Notes: a model not told the origin generated them from the sequence alone. Counted from the first letter of the stretch, positions 27,590 to 37,177 are shown. The stretch: 37,672 nucleotides of DNA from an uncultured Alistipes sp. (GCA_949283215.1 CASDSC010000076.1:1-37672), one strand, 5' to 3'. A program made the numbers and translations.

Positions 27590-29281
27590 ATGAAAAGGTT
27601 CGTAAAGGCAAGTATGGTTCTTGCTACTTTGGCATTACTCCTTTCGAGTTGTAATTGCTACAACAGAATGTTAAAAAAAGTGGACCGGGTCAAGATAACT
27701 TCTACGCCCGAAGTCCTCACCTTGAAAGGTAGCAACGTAACTGCTGACCTTAAAGTCGAATTCCCGCCAAAATATTTCGATGAAATGGCCGTACTGAAAA
27801 TCACTCCGGTATTGGTTTACGAAGGCGGTGAAATTGCTGGTACTCCTAAATTCGTGCAGGGTTCTAGCGTGAAAGACAACTATACGGTGATTTCGTGGAA
27901 AGAAGGCGGTTCATATACGCAGACAGTTACTTTCCCCTATACTCCGGATGCACGTCTCGCTACTCTCGAATTGCGTATCGATTCGAAATGTGCAAACAAA
28001 TGCAAAAAGAAATTCAAAGAATTCGTGCCTTTTGCTGCTGTCCCCGCTGCCCAGGGTGTAAGCACTGTTCAGTTGCTGGCTGACAATTTGGCATATCTCT
28101 CGCTGATGGATCATAACTACAAACGTGTGGTTACTGAGACCGAAACAGCTGACATCATGTTCTTGATCAACAAAGCTGATGTCCGCAAAAATCAGTTGAC
28201 CACTGAACAACTCAAGGCTTTCGAAGATTTCGTAAAAGAATATTCGAATAAAGACCGTGCAAAACTCGGTAATGTATTTGCTAACGGTTATGCTTCGCCT
28301 GATGGTCCTGTGAAATTCAACGACGAACTGTCAAAGAAACGTGGTGAAAATGCAAAAGATGCTGTCAGCGAACAACTCAAAGATCTTAACCTGAATTATG
28401 ATGTCGCTGCTTACGGTGAAGACTGGGAAGGCTTCAAAGAACTCGTAGAAGCTTCTGATATCAAAGATAAAGATTTGATCCTTCAGGTGCTGGCAATGTA
28501 TAGCAACCCTGTTCAACGTGACCAAGAGATTAAGAACATGTCTTCTGTATTCGAAGTATTGGCAGAAGAAATTCTCCCGCAGTTGCGTCGTACTGTAATG
28601 GTTGCTAATGTGGATATCGAAGGTTTGACCGATGCCGAATTGAAAGCTGCAGTAAACGGTGGCAAACTCAACGACTTGAATGAGCAACAAATGCTCTACG
28701 TTGCTACCCTCTTCGAAGATGGTGCTACTAAAGTGAAAATTTATCAGGCTGCTGCAAACAAATTCCAATCGGCAAATGCTTACAACAATTTGGGCGTAGC
28801 ATTGGCTCAGAACGGTCAGTTGGCTGATGCTAAACGTGCTTTCTCACAGGCAGCTGCTAAATCATCTGATCCTGCTATCACTAGCAACCAAGGTGCTGTA
28901 GCTCTCGCTGAAGGTAATGTGGCTGAAGCTAAAAAACTCTTGTCTGCACTCAATACTCCTGATGCAAATGCCAACAAAGGTCTCGTTGCTTTGGCTGAGG
29001 GTAACTACACTGAGGCTGTGAAAACCCTGAAAGGTTATAACTTGGCTGTGGCTGAAGTTTTGAACGGTAACTTGGCGAAGGCTTCTTCTGCTCTCGCTGG
29101 TGACAACAGTGCTGATGCTGATTATCTGAAAGCTGTCATTGCAATGCGTCAGGGTGATTCGAACGCTGCCATCGCAAACTTGAAGAGCGCTTGTGCTAAA
29201 GATCCTTCGTTGAAGGAACAAGCTAAGACTGATGTTGAATTTGCTAAGATCTTCGGTTCTGCTGAATTCTTGGCTCTGTAA
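27590..29281 (+). CDS. Lipoprotein with an OmpA-C-like peptidoglycan-binding motif and Ala-rich TPR-like C-terminal repeats
   Basis: Lipobox-type signal MKRFVKASMVLATLALLLSSC. GYASPDGPVKFNDELSKKRGENAKDAV resembles the OmpA-C core. C-terminal repeats have the form A..NLG/GA(V/L)ALAEGN..EA. The track start TTG 27584 is replaced by ATG 27590. Strong terminator downstream. Confidence 0.65.
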   Translation: MKRFVKASMVLATLALLLSSCNCYNRMLKKVDRVKITSTPEVLTLKGSNVTADLKVEFPPKYFDEMAVLKITPVLVYEGGEIAGTPKFVQGSSVKDNYTVISWKEGGSYTQTVTFPYTPDARLATLELRIDSKCANKCKKKFKEFVPFAAVPAAQGVSTVQLLADNLAYLSLMDHNYKRVVTETETADIMFLINKADVRKNQLTTEQLKAFEDFVKEYSNKDRAKLGNVFANGYASPDGPVKFNDELSKKRGENAKDAVSEQLKDLNLNYDVAAYGEDWEGFKELVEASDIKDKDLILQVLAMYSNPVQRDQEIKNMSSVFEVLAEEILPQLRRTVMVANVDIEGLTDAELKAAVNGGKLNDLNEQQMLYVATLFEDGATKVKIYQAAANKFQSANAYNNLGVALAQNGQLADAKRAFSQAAAKSSDPAITSNQGAVALAEGNVAEAKKLLSALNTPDANANKGLVALAEGNYTEAVKTLKGYNLAVAEVLNGNLAKASSALAGDNSADADYLKAVIAMRQGDSNAAIANLKSACAKDPSLKEQAKTDVEFAKIFGSAEFLAL

Positions 29282-29300
29282 ACAGAAGAAATTTATATAG

Positions 29301-29335
29301 GAAAGGGATGCCCGTTGGGCGTCCCTTTCTTTTTT
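29301..29335 (+). terminator. Rho-independent terminator after the lipoprotein gene
   Basis: 13-bp stem GAAAGGGATGCCC / GGGCGTCCCTTTC (one G-U pair) with loop GTT, followed by TTTTTT (29330-29335). Confidence 0.85.
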
Positions 29336-29519
29336 ATACTATATTGGTTCATATATTACATTGTGCGTTATCCTAAAATTTGGATGTGTTGAAGTGATGG
29401 ACATATGAAGAGTAGTTGGGTAAGTTGTGTATTAATTTGCATATTTATGAGTTATTATTGGTGATACGCTTAGTTGCGATATGAGAAAAATTTACGATCT
29501 TTGTTTGAAACTATAGGCT

Positions 29520-30398
29520 ATGGAATACCTTAAGATGTTAAAAGAATTGGAGGCGGATTGTCGGCCCTCTGCGGTTGAAAATCTTGTGGCGAAAGCACGT
29601 GCATTAGCTGAACGGAATCAGAATCCGGAAGTTTATTGCCAATGTTTTGCTTGTCTCGATCTTACTTCTCTGCGTGAAACAGATAATGAGGATTCGATCG
29701 CTACGTTTGCTCGCAAAGCTGCCCAATGTGCGACATCTTTTTCGAATATTCCCGAAGTGGCTTCTCTGTGTGTATACCCTATTTTTGTCGATGCGGCCGG
29801 ATTGGCCTTGGGTGATTCCAATATCGCCGTAACAAGTGTAGCTGGTGGATTTCCTGCGTCGCAGACCTATCTGGAGGTTAAAATGCTTGAATTGGCTATG
29901 TCTCTTGAGAATGGTGCCGATGAAGTGGATGTGGTGATGAGTGTCGGACAGTTCTTGAGTGGAAATTATGAAGCGATGGCCAGTGAATTGCAGATGCTGC
30001 GAGATGAAGCAGGAGAGGATACTACGCTGAAGGTGATTATTGAATCGGGAGTCCTGCGTGAGCCTGCATTGATCCGCCGAGCCTCGTTGTTGGTGATGGA
30101 GGCCGGAGCAGATTTCGTGAAAACATCGACAGGGAAAACAGCTGTATCAGCTACTCCTGAAGCGGCTGCCGTGATGTGTGTCGCGATCAGCGATTTTTAT
30201 CGTAAAACGGGCCGAAAAGTGGGTTTCAAAGCCGCTGGAGGAATCTCGTCGCCAGCTGATGCAGTATTATACTATTCGATTGTGCAGTCGATCCTTGGTG
30301 AAGAGTGGCTCAATCCGTCGCTTTTCCGTATCGGTGCAAGCTCGTTGGCCAATAATTTGCTGTCAGAACTTGAAGGACGTCCGATTACTTATTTTTAA
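29520..30398 (+). CDS. deoC: Deoxyribose-phosphate aldolase (long form)
   Basis: CLDLTSL, LCVYPIFV, Schiff-base Lys context GADFVKTSTGK, GFKAAGGI and FRIGASS. Confidence 0.9.
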   Translation: MEYLKMLKELEADCRPSAVENLVAKARALAERNQNPEVYCQCFACLDLTSLRETDNEDSIATFARKAAQCATSFSNIPEVASLCVYPIFVDAAGLALGDSNIAVTSVAGGFPASQTYLEVKMLELAMSLENGADEVDVVMSVGQFLSGNYEAMASELQMLRDEAGEDTTLKVIIESGVLREPALIRRASLLVMEAGADFVKTSTGKTAVSATPEAAAVMCVAISDFYRKTGRKVGFKAAGGISSPADAVLYYSIVQSILGEEWLNPSLFRIGASSLANNLLSELEGRPITYF

Positions 30399-30421
30399 CG
30401 GGGTTTTCCTTTTAATTTAAT

Positions 30422-30459
30422 ACAAAATGCGCAGCCTCTTCTAAGGCCGCGCATTTTGT
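30422..30459. terminator. Bidirectional terminator hairpin between the convergent deoC and HU-SPOR genes
   Basis: Perfect 11-bp arms ACAAAATGCGC (30422-30432) / GCGCATTTTGT (30449-30459) plus 3 inner base pairs. A/T-rich arm ends give U-tracts on both strands. Confidence 0.7.
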
Positions 30460-30473
30460 TGTATGATGAATCT

Positions 30474-31430
30474 TTAGTGTGTCGGATTTTTTTCGCGGTA
30501 GATCCAAAGATCGGGGCTCGTTTTCAATAATTGCTGCAAACGATGAGAGGCTCGTTGTTCGGAATCAGACCGGTAAATGCTGACGATAATTTTACCGTTG
30601 GGCATGTATACCTTCGCATAAGGAACCGTATCGGCAATTTGCTTTTGGGCCTCGATGAACCGGTTGGCGTTCTCTTCCGTGCTGAATACGCCTGCAACAA
30701 TGTGGAAAATACCGCGACGTGATGTCTCGGCCATACGTATGGCGGTCGTATCCGAATATGGGGGGGATTGGACGGACTGGGATCGTTGATCTTTCTTGTC
30801 CCCGGATGTGATGATCGTCGTATCTGTTTGCCGGATCAGTGTGTCTGATTGTGCGGTATGTGCCTCAGCTCGGGTCGCCGTATCGATTTTTGTAGGATTG
30901 GGTGTCGAAGAGACGGTTTGGGTAATTAAGCGTGTTGTGTTCTCGGGAACTTCATCCTGGGTAGTTCCGAAATAATAGTAACTCCCTCCGGCAATCGCTA
31001 TTGTGGCGATGGAGAGAGCGGTGATAACAACGCCATGTTTTCTACGATACGGCAATTTAACGGGTTGTTTCCCTGTCGGATTCAATAGAGAGTCGAGTCG
31101 TGATGATGGTTCGAATTTGCCGTTTCGGATAATTCCGGTATTCGGAATAGTGATTTCGTTTTCATGGAGCGTGGCGTTACGCCAAGCTTCGTATTGGACT
31201 GCTGCTTCCTGGGCTGAACAGCCTGTCTCTCGAGCGATGAGTATCTTCATCGATTCGCAGCCGGCCAATTCCTGTGTTGAGAATACTACACGGTTGATCG
31301 GTGGAATAAGTCGTGTCCTGTGTGGGCGGACAACAGAGGTCTGCGTGACCCGTAACGACCCTATGCCCGGTAGGTTGATCCGTCCGTGGCGTGCCAATGT
31401 GTTGAACAGAATAGCCGATACGGTATCCAT
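30474..31430 (-). CDS. HU-like N-terminal domain / TM / SPOR-domain protein
   Basis: N-terminus LARHGRINLPGIGSLRVT (HU-CCDC81-like), TM helix VVITALSIATIAIAGGSYYYF, a Thr/Ser-rich linker, and a C-terminal SPOR-like FHIVAGVFSTEENANRFI....VSIYRSDSEQRA. It lies 5 nt downstream of lgt. Confidence 0.8.
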   Translation of the reverse strand: MDTVSAILFNTLARHGRINLPGIGSLRVTQTSVVRPHRTRLIPPINRVVFSTQELAGCESMKILIARETGCSAQEAAVQYEAWRNATLHENEITIPNTGIIRNGKFEPSSRLDSLLNPTGKQPVKLPYRRKHGVVITALSIATIAIAGGSYYYFGTTQDEVPENTTRLITQTVSSTPNPTKIDTATRAEAHTAQSDTLIRQTDTTIITSGDKKDQRSQSVQSPPYSDTTAIRMAETSRRGIFHIVAGVFSTEENANRFIEAQKQIADTVPYAKVYMPNGKIIVSIYRSDSEQRASHRLQQLLKTSPDLWIYREKNPTH

Positions 31431-31435
31431 GGAGT

Positions 31436-32284
31436 CTATTTTTTTGCTGGTACGGCAGGTTTATGGCGTAAGGCCCATATGAGAATCACTATCCCGGCCA
31501 AGATAAATGGAATGCTAAGTATTTGTCCCATATATAGCGACATACCTACCTCAAAATCTTCTTGTGGATTCTTGATGAATTCAATAAAGAAGCGTGCCGT
31601 GAACAACAAAATCAAAAATACTCCGAATATCAATCCTGGTCGTTTGCGGGCAAGATCTTTCTTATAATACATCCACATCAACAGTACAAAGATCGCGATA
31701 TAGGCCAAAGCTTCATAGATTTGTGTCGGATGTGCAGGCATCGATCCCGATCCCCCCTCGGCTACGGGTAGGTACCATGCTGCATCCCTCACAAAGTTGA
31801 AACCCCATGGCAGTGTGGTGACTGTTCCGTAAATCTCTGAATTGAGGAGGTTACCAAAACGAACAAAAGCTCCGCCGATCGAAACCGGAAGAGTGATGCG
31901 ATCCAACGACCATATATATGGCATCTTATTTTTTCGTGAAAAAAGCCATAACCCAATCAATAGCCCAATAGCTGCACCGTGACTTGCCAATCCGCCCTGT
32001 CGGAGGTTCAGAATCTCGATCGGATGACTCAGATAATATCCGGGTTCATAAAACAAACAGTGTCCCAAACGGGCCCCGATGATTGTGGAAAGGGTGCCGA
32101 ACCAAAAAATCGAATCGAACATCTTTTCTTGGTAACCTTCCCGTTTGATCATATTTATAAACAGGATCATTCCGACGCCAAACGTGAGCGCCCAAAGCAA
32201 CCCGTAATAGCGTATCTCGAAAGAACCCACTGAAAAAAATACGGGATCGACGTTCCAAGTCACAAATAACAGATGAAAGTTCAT
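31436..32284 (-). CDS. lgt: Prolipoprotein diacylglyceryl transferase
   Basis: IRYYGLLWALTF, GARLGHCLFYEP and HPTQIYEAL motifs; polytopic membrane protein of 282 aa. Confidence 0.94.
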   Translation of the reverse strand: MNFHLLFVTWNVDPVFFSVGSFEIRYYGLLWALTFGVGMILFINMIKREGYQEKMFDSIFWFGTLSTIIGARLGHCLFYEPGYYLSHPIEILNLRQGGLASHGAAIGLLIGLWLFSRKNKMPYIWSLDRITLPVSIGGAFVRFGNLLNSEIYGTVTTLPWGFNFVRDAAWYLPVAEGGSGSMPAHPTQIYEALAYIAIFVLLMWMYYKKDLARKRPGLIFGVFLILLFTARFFIEFIKNPQEDFEVGMSLYMGQILSIPFILAGIVILIWALRHKPAVPAKK

Positions 32285-32339
32285 GCTGATTGCAGTTTAT
32301 CGTTAGCGTAGCATATGAACGGATCATTAGGTCCGTCGA

Positions 32340-32347
32340 CAAAGATA
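32340..32347 (-). promoter_or_regulatory. -7 box for the lgt / HU-SPOR unit
   Basis: TATCTTTG on the minus strand (complement of 32340-32347), about 55 nt upstream of the lgt ATG. Confidence 0.55.
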
Positions 32348-32719
32348 CGAAATATTTGTAACGACCGTCATGTGTCCTATAAAAACCAGAGCGTCGTGGT
32401 GTGGCGGAATGCAGGTCAATTATGCCGTAAGGAATTATGTGGTGAATTTATAAGGTAGGAATAGAGATACAGGGTCATCCGTGAGATAGCGGAAAAGGGA
32501 CGGTTGATTTTGCTGATGGGGTTTGGTATGACAGTGTATATTTCCTGTGTTCCTGTTGTGGCTTTTTTTTAGGTTTTTGAAAGCCGGAATCAGATACCTT
32601 TGGAGCGTTGAGGTGTGTGGAGAGACATCAATTAATCCGATGTATTATGTATGGATGATGGCAGGCTAGGGGGTTTTGGAATTGCCAAGTTTTGTAATTG
32701 TGACGTCTGGATGTATCTC

Positions 32720-33919
32720 TCAACGTAAGCGATTGCGTTCGAAATGTGGCCCGACTCTGAATCGGAAAAATAATGCCGAGATAACGGTCAGGCATGCGCC
32801 GAATAAATAGGCGTGATCGAATGTGGTGATTTGTCCGATGTATCCTCCTGCAAGGAGTCCGGCTCCGATACCCACATCCCATGAGGTCAGATAGGTCGAT
32901 GTGGCTGTGCCTCGTTGGTTATTGGGGGCTAGATTAACAAACAGGGTATTAAAGGCAGGGAACATTGTACCGAAACCAACACCCAGTAGAAAAGCGATGC
33001 CGAAAAAGACGAAACGTCCGACTGTCGCATCCCATCCCATCAACCATTTGCAACCGGAAAGTATGAAAAAGCAGGCACATACCAGATAAATGCCCAGGGA
33101 GATGACGGTCACGATACGGCCTTTGTCGACCTGGCGGCCCGAGAAAATACGGGATACGGCCATGCCCACAGCCATGAGTGTGAAAAATAAACCGGTCCCG
33201 CTGGTGATCCCGATTTGATGAGCGTACATTGCTACATATGTGGTGGTCATACCATAAGGGATGGACAACATGAGCAGATCGATACCCGCCGGAATCCCTT
33301 TGAGTAAAATAAAACGGTCGAGAGAAATCGGTTCGCGTTTGACTGGGGCCTTAACCGGTGCTTTGACCAGATTGGCGAAAATAAATCCCAGTGTACACGA
33401 TGTCAGTGCACATATGAATAGAATGTCGAAACCCACTCCCCCGTCATGCAGGAACAGTCCGACCATTGGTCCTACTGACATGGCGGTATTGTTGGCCAGA
33501 CCATAATAACCTAGCCCTTCCCCTCGGCGTGACGACGGCATGATGTCAATCACGACCGTATTACCCGATACGGTTACCGTCCCGAATGCTATACCATGTA
33601 TCACGCGAAGAATCGTGAAGAGCGTCAAGGTGCCTGCCAGCAGATAGCCGGCGAATATGCTCGTGAAAATAAAATAGGCCAACAGGTATAATGGTTTCCG
33701 GGCAAAGGTGTCAAGCAGGTAGCCCGAAAATGGTCGGACTGTCAGAGCCGCGATCGTATAACACGATAAGACAACTCCTACCGTGGCATGTCCCGTATGA
33801 AAAACTTCAGTCAGGTAGAATGGTAGTACGGGCATGAGAAGGTAGAACCCGAAATATAACAGGAAGTTCGCCGCAAGGATGTAGCAATAGCTGGGGGTGA
33901 CGAGACGTTCTTTATCCAT
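32720..33919 (-). CDS. MFS transporter
   Basis: 399 aa, about 12 predicted TM segments, with an MFS loop motif context (GYLLDTFARKP). The substrate cannot be inferred. Confidence 0.85.
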   Translation of the reverse strand: MDKERLVTPSYCYILAANFLLYFGFYLLMPVLPFYLTEVFHTGHATVGVVLSCYTIAALTVRPFSGYLLDTFARKPLYLLAYFIFTSIFAGYLLAGTLTLFTILRVIHGIAFGTVTVSGNTVVIDIMPSSRRGEGLGYYGLANNTAMSVGPMVGLFLHDGGVGFDILFICALTSCTLGFIFANLVKAPVKAPVKREPISLDRFILLKGIPAGIDLLMLSIPYGMTTTYVAMYAHQIGITSGTGLFFTLMAVGMAVSRIFSGRQVDKGRIVTVISLGIYLVCACFFILSGCKWLMGWDATVGRFVFFGIAFLLGVGFGTMFPAFNTLFVNLAPNNQRGTATSTYLTSWDVGIGAGLLAGGYIGQITTFDHAYLFGACLTVISALFFRFRVGPHFERNRLR

Positions 33920-33933
33920 ACGTTAATTTTCGG

Positions 33934-33941
33934 CAAAGATA
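33934..33941 (-). promoter_or_regulatory. -7 box for the MFS transporter gene
   Basis: TATCTTTG on the minus strand (complement of 33934-33941), 14 nt upstream of the ATG, giving a very short leader. Confidence 0.5.
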
Positions 33942-34070
33942 CGATATTTTATTGGCCCGGCACTCTCCAGTGGGGATGATTAAGCCTTCGGTTTTGCTGG
34001 AAGTGTGAGATAAAATGATGCTCCCAGAATGATCGGGAAGACATGACGATTAGTTTTTCGGATTTTATAA

Positions 34071-34078
34071 TATCTTTG
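34071..34078 (+). promoter_or_regulatory. -7 box for the Bat-like operon (MoxR first)
   Basis: TATCTTTG at 34071-34078, about 104 nt before ATG 34183. Confidence 0.55.
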
Positions 34079-34182
34079 TATGGTGTTCGTTTAAATGATT
34101 GTCTGGCCTGGAAACGCGCATTGTGTGTGGGCTCGTATGTCAAATAACGAATGTTTGTCGATCCATCAAAAAATTTCATATA

Positions 34183-35181
34183 ATGAGTGAAGTGATCAAT
34201 ATCAAAGAGCTGAATGAACGCATCGAACGCGAAAGTGTATTTGTCGATACGCTCAATATGGAGATGGGCAAAGTGATTGTCGGACAGAAACATCTGATCG
34301 ATACATTGTTGATCGGACTGCTGTCGAACGGCCATATCTTGCTCGAAGGTGTGCCCGGTTTGGCAAAAACCTTGGCCATCACGACGCTTTCTCAAGCTGT
34401 AGATGCTAAATTCAGCCGTATCCAGTTCACCCCTGATTTGCTGCCGGCCGATTTGATCGGTACCCTCATCTATTCGCAGAAAACAGAAGAGTTTACCGTC
34501 AAAAAAGGTCCTGTATTTGCAAACTTCGTGCTGGCCGATGAAATTAACCGTTCACCGGCTAAAGTCCAGAGCGCTTTGCTCGAGGCCATGCAGGAGCGTC
34601 AGGTGACAATCGGAGAGAATACCTATAAACTCCCCGAACCGTTCCTCGTGCTCGCAACGCAGAACCCGCTCGAGCAAGAGGGTACCTATCCGCTGCCTGA
34701 AGCTCAGGTCGACCGTTTCATGCTCAAGGCACGAATCACATATCCCAAAAAACAGGAAGAACGGGATATCGTCAGAATGAATATGCTGGGTACGGGAATG
34801 CCAAAGCCTAACAAAGTGATTTCGCCTGAAGATATTGTTAAGGCGCGTGCCGTTGTGAGCGATGTATATATGGACGAAAAAATCGAGAAATATATCGTCG
34901 ATATCATTTTCGCAACCCGTGAACCTCAGGAGTATAATCTGAGTAATCTCGCGCCGTTGATCAGTTACGGTGGATCGCCTCGTGCAAGCATCTCTTTGGC
35001 CAAAGCGGCTAAGGCATATGCGTTCATCAAACGCCGGGGATATGTGATCCCCGAAGACGTGCGTGCCGTATGCCACGACGTATTGCGCCATCGTATCGGC
35101 CTGACTTATGAAGCCGAAGCCGAGAACATTACAACTGAAGAGATTATCACCGATATTCTCAATAACGTTGAAGTGCCCTAA
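34183..35181 (+). CDS. MoxR-family AAA+ ATPase (first gene of a Bat-like operon)
   Basis: The track ORF starts at 34099. ATG 34183 gives MSEVINIKELNERI. Walker A GVPGLAKT, Walker B VLADEINR, sensor/arginine region LATQNPLEQEGTYPLPEAQVDRF. Confidence 0.93.
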   Translation: MSEVINIKELNERIERESVFVDTLNMEMGKVIVGQKHLIDTLLIGLLSNGHILLEGVPGLAKTLAITTLSQAVDAKFSRIQFTPDLLPADLIGTLIYSQKTEEFTVKKGPVFANFVLADEINRSPAKVQSALLEAMQERQVTIGENTYKLPEPFLVLATQNPLEQEGTYPLPEAQVDRFMLKARITYPKKQEERDIVRMNMLGTGMPKPNKVISPEDIVKARAVVSDVYMDEKIEKYIVDIIFATREPQEYNLSNLAPLISYGGSPRASISLAKAAKAYAFIKRRGYVIPEDVRAVCHDVLRHRIGLTYEAEAENITTEEIITDILNNVEVP

Positions 35182-35261
35182 TCAAAGGGGGGCGGCTTGT
35201 GCTATGAATCGGGGTGTAGATCCTAGGGATACGATCTTGTCCCCTAAATCCGTGCAAGGTT

Positions 35262-36143
35262 ATGGAGAGCAGTAACGACATATTGAAAAAAGTCCGTAAG
35301 ATCGAAATCAAAACTCGTGGCCTGAGTAATGATATTTTCGCCGGAAAGTACCATAGTGCCTTTAAAGGTCGTGGTATGGCCTTTAGTGAAGTGCGAGAAT
35401 ATCGGATAGGCGATGATGTCCGTGATATCGATTGGAATGTAACGGCCAGAACGCGTAAACCCCATATCAAAACCTATGAGGAAGAGCGTGAGCTGACCAT
35501 GATGCTCGTGGTCGATGTGAGCGGTTCAAGATTGTTCGGGTCGACCGACAAGCTCAAAAAGAATATGATTACCGAGATCGCTGCCGTGTTAGCTTTCTCG
35601 GCTGCCCAGAACAACGATAAAATCGGATGTCTGTTTTTCAGCGACCAGGTCGAAAAATTCATTCCTCCCAAAAAAGGTCGGTCGCACGTGTTGTCGATCA
35701 TCCGTGAGTTGATCGAATTCCGGCCTGAACATCGTACTACGGATCTCGGAGAGGCTTTGCGCTTCCTGACCAATGTGGCCAAGAAGAGGTGTACGACATT
35801 CATTCTCTCCGATTTTTGCGATACGGAAAATGGAAAAGCACGTTTCGATGAAGCGATCAAGATAGCGAGCGGTAAGCACGATTTGGTGGGAATCCGGGTG
35901 TATGATCCCCGTGAAACTCAATTGCCTGATGTGGGTGCAATCGAATTACTTGATGCGGAAACCGGCCGTAAGGTGTGGGTCGATACTTCGAGTGCCGCTG
36001 TACGCCGTGCATATGATGAGTATTGGCAACAAACGAGCGAGGTTATCGAGCAAACGTTGAAACACAGTAGAGTGGATCATGTCACTGTGGCTACAGATGA
36101 AGATTATGTGGCTGCGTTGATGAGACTCTTTAAGCAAAGATAA
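35262..36143 (+). CDS. DUF58 (vWA-like) protein, MoxR partner
   Basis: Signature FSEVREYRIGDDVRDIDWNVTAR and VVDVSGS (MIDAS-like DxSxS). It sits immediately downstream of MoxR, as in Bat operons. Confidence 0.9.
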   Translation: MESSNDILKKVRKIEIKTRGLSNDIFAGKYHSAFKGRGMAFSEVREYRIGDDVRDIDWNVTARTRKPHIKTYEEERELTMMLVVDVSGSRLFGSTDKLKKNMITEIAAVLAFSAAQNNDKIGCLFFSDQVEKFIPPKKGRSHVLSIIRELIEFRPEHRTTDLGEALRFLTNVAKKRCTTFILSDFCDTENGKARFDEAIKIASGKHDLVGIRVYDPRETQLPDVGAIELLDAETGRKVWVDTSSAAVRRAYDEYWQQTSEVIEQTLKHSRVDHVTVATDEDYVAALMRLFKQR

Positions 36144-36145
36144 TT

Positions 36146-37177
36146 ATGTCAATCAAACGATGGATTACCATAAGTGTGGGTGTGATAGGCATCTGTGTCG
36201 CGTCGGTTACGCAGGCTGAGGACAGTACGCATATCGCACAACTTCAGACGGATGCTCCTGCTGTCAGGGCTTGGCTTACTCCTGACAGCATGTCAATCGG
36301 CGATTGGTTTCGTGTGCGGGTCGAGATCGACAAGGATGTGATGCAGCAGGTCGATTTTCCTGTTTTCGGCGATCATCGTATGACCGACCGGATTGAGGTG
36401 ATCAGCGAAAGTCAGGTCGATACCCTCAAACGCGATGGAAGGAAGATCACACTGGCCAAAGAGTATATCATGACCACATTCGACGAGGGCATGTATAATC
36501 TCGGCCCCTTCCCAGTGCTCTATGCCGACAAAAATATTGTCGATACGCTATGGTCGGCCGATTCGTTGCGCATGTTGGTCACTACGTTCGATATCGATAC
36601 GACTAAACAGCAAATTTTCGATATCAAACCCCAATTCGATGTCCCGCTCAAATTCGGAGAAATCAGCGGTTATATACTCTGTGGCCTGTTGCTGGTGTTG
36701 TTGGCCGTCGGCATTTATTATCTGATTCAACGTAAACGTCAAGGTAAACCGTTGCTCGGTAAAGAAAAACCTGAACTCCCGGGGCATGTGGTGGCTATCA
36801 TGGAACTGGAGAAACTGCATACGCAGAAACTCTGGCAGAGTAATCGACATAAACAGTATTATACCCGTTTGACCGATATTCTGCGTAAATATCTTGAAAG
36901 TCGTTTCGGTATTCAGGCTCTCGAGATGACCTCCGACGAAATTCTGGTTCAGACTCAGAAATTATTGCTGACAGAACGTGCGTCCGGACAGTTGCGCGAT
37001 TTACTCAAGTTAGCTGACCTGGTCAAATTTGCCAAACTGACCCCATCGGCTGAGGAAAATGAAGAGGCGTACGACAAAGCATATTATTTTGTGGAGGATA
37101 CCAAGCCCGAGGCTGAGGCCCCGGCGGATCAAACTACGACTGATAATCTATCCGATGATGAAAATAATAAGGCATAA
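36146..37177 (+). CDS. Membrane protein of the Bat-like operon (BatD-N-like periplasmic domain + TM + DUF4381-like cytoplasmic domain)
   Basis: Signal/TM MSIKRWITISVGVIGICVASV, a beta-rich N-domain (SIGDWFRVRVEIDKD), central TM ISGYILCGLLLVLLAVGIYYLI, and a helical C-domain (YYTRLTDILRKYLESRFGIQALEMTSDEIL...LLKLADLVKFAK). The domain names are recollection-based. Confidence 0.6.
   Translation: MSIKRWITISVGVIGICVASVTQAEDSTHIAQLQTDAPAVRAWLTPDSMSIGDWFRVRVEIDKDVMQQVDFPVFGDHRMTDRIEVISESQVDTLKRDGRKITLAKEYIMTTFDEGMYNLGPFPVLYADKNIVDTLWSADSLRMLVTTFDIDTTKQQIFDIKPQFDVPLKFGEISGYILCGLLLVLLAVGIYYLIQRKRQGKPLLGKEKPELPGHVVAIMELEKLHTQKLWQSNRHKQYYTRLTDILRKYLESRFGIQALEMTSDEILVQTQKLLLTERASGQLRDLLKLADLVKFAKLTPSAEENEEAYDKAYYFVEDTKPEAEAPADQTTTDNLSDDENNKA

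Noticed and set aside
32516-32572. 18-codon hydrophobic mini-ORF (MGFGMTVYISCVPVVAFF) in the large spacer
   Set aside because: It is too short to support from sequence alone and has no promoter box in the proper position. It is noted only in case ribosome profiling is available.
33949-34395. 148-aa minus-strand ORF spanning the MFS/MoxR divergent promoter region
   Set aside because: It overlaps the MoxR start and both promoter boxes, and has no motifs.
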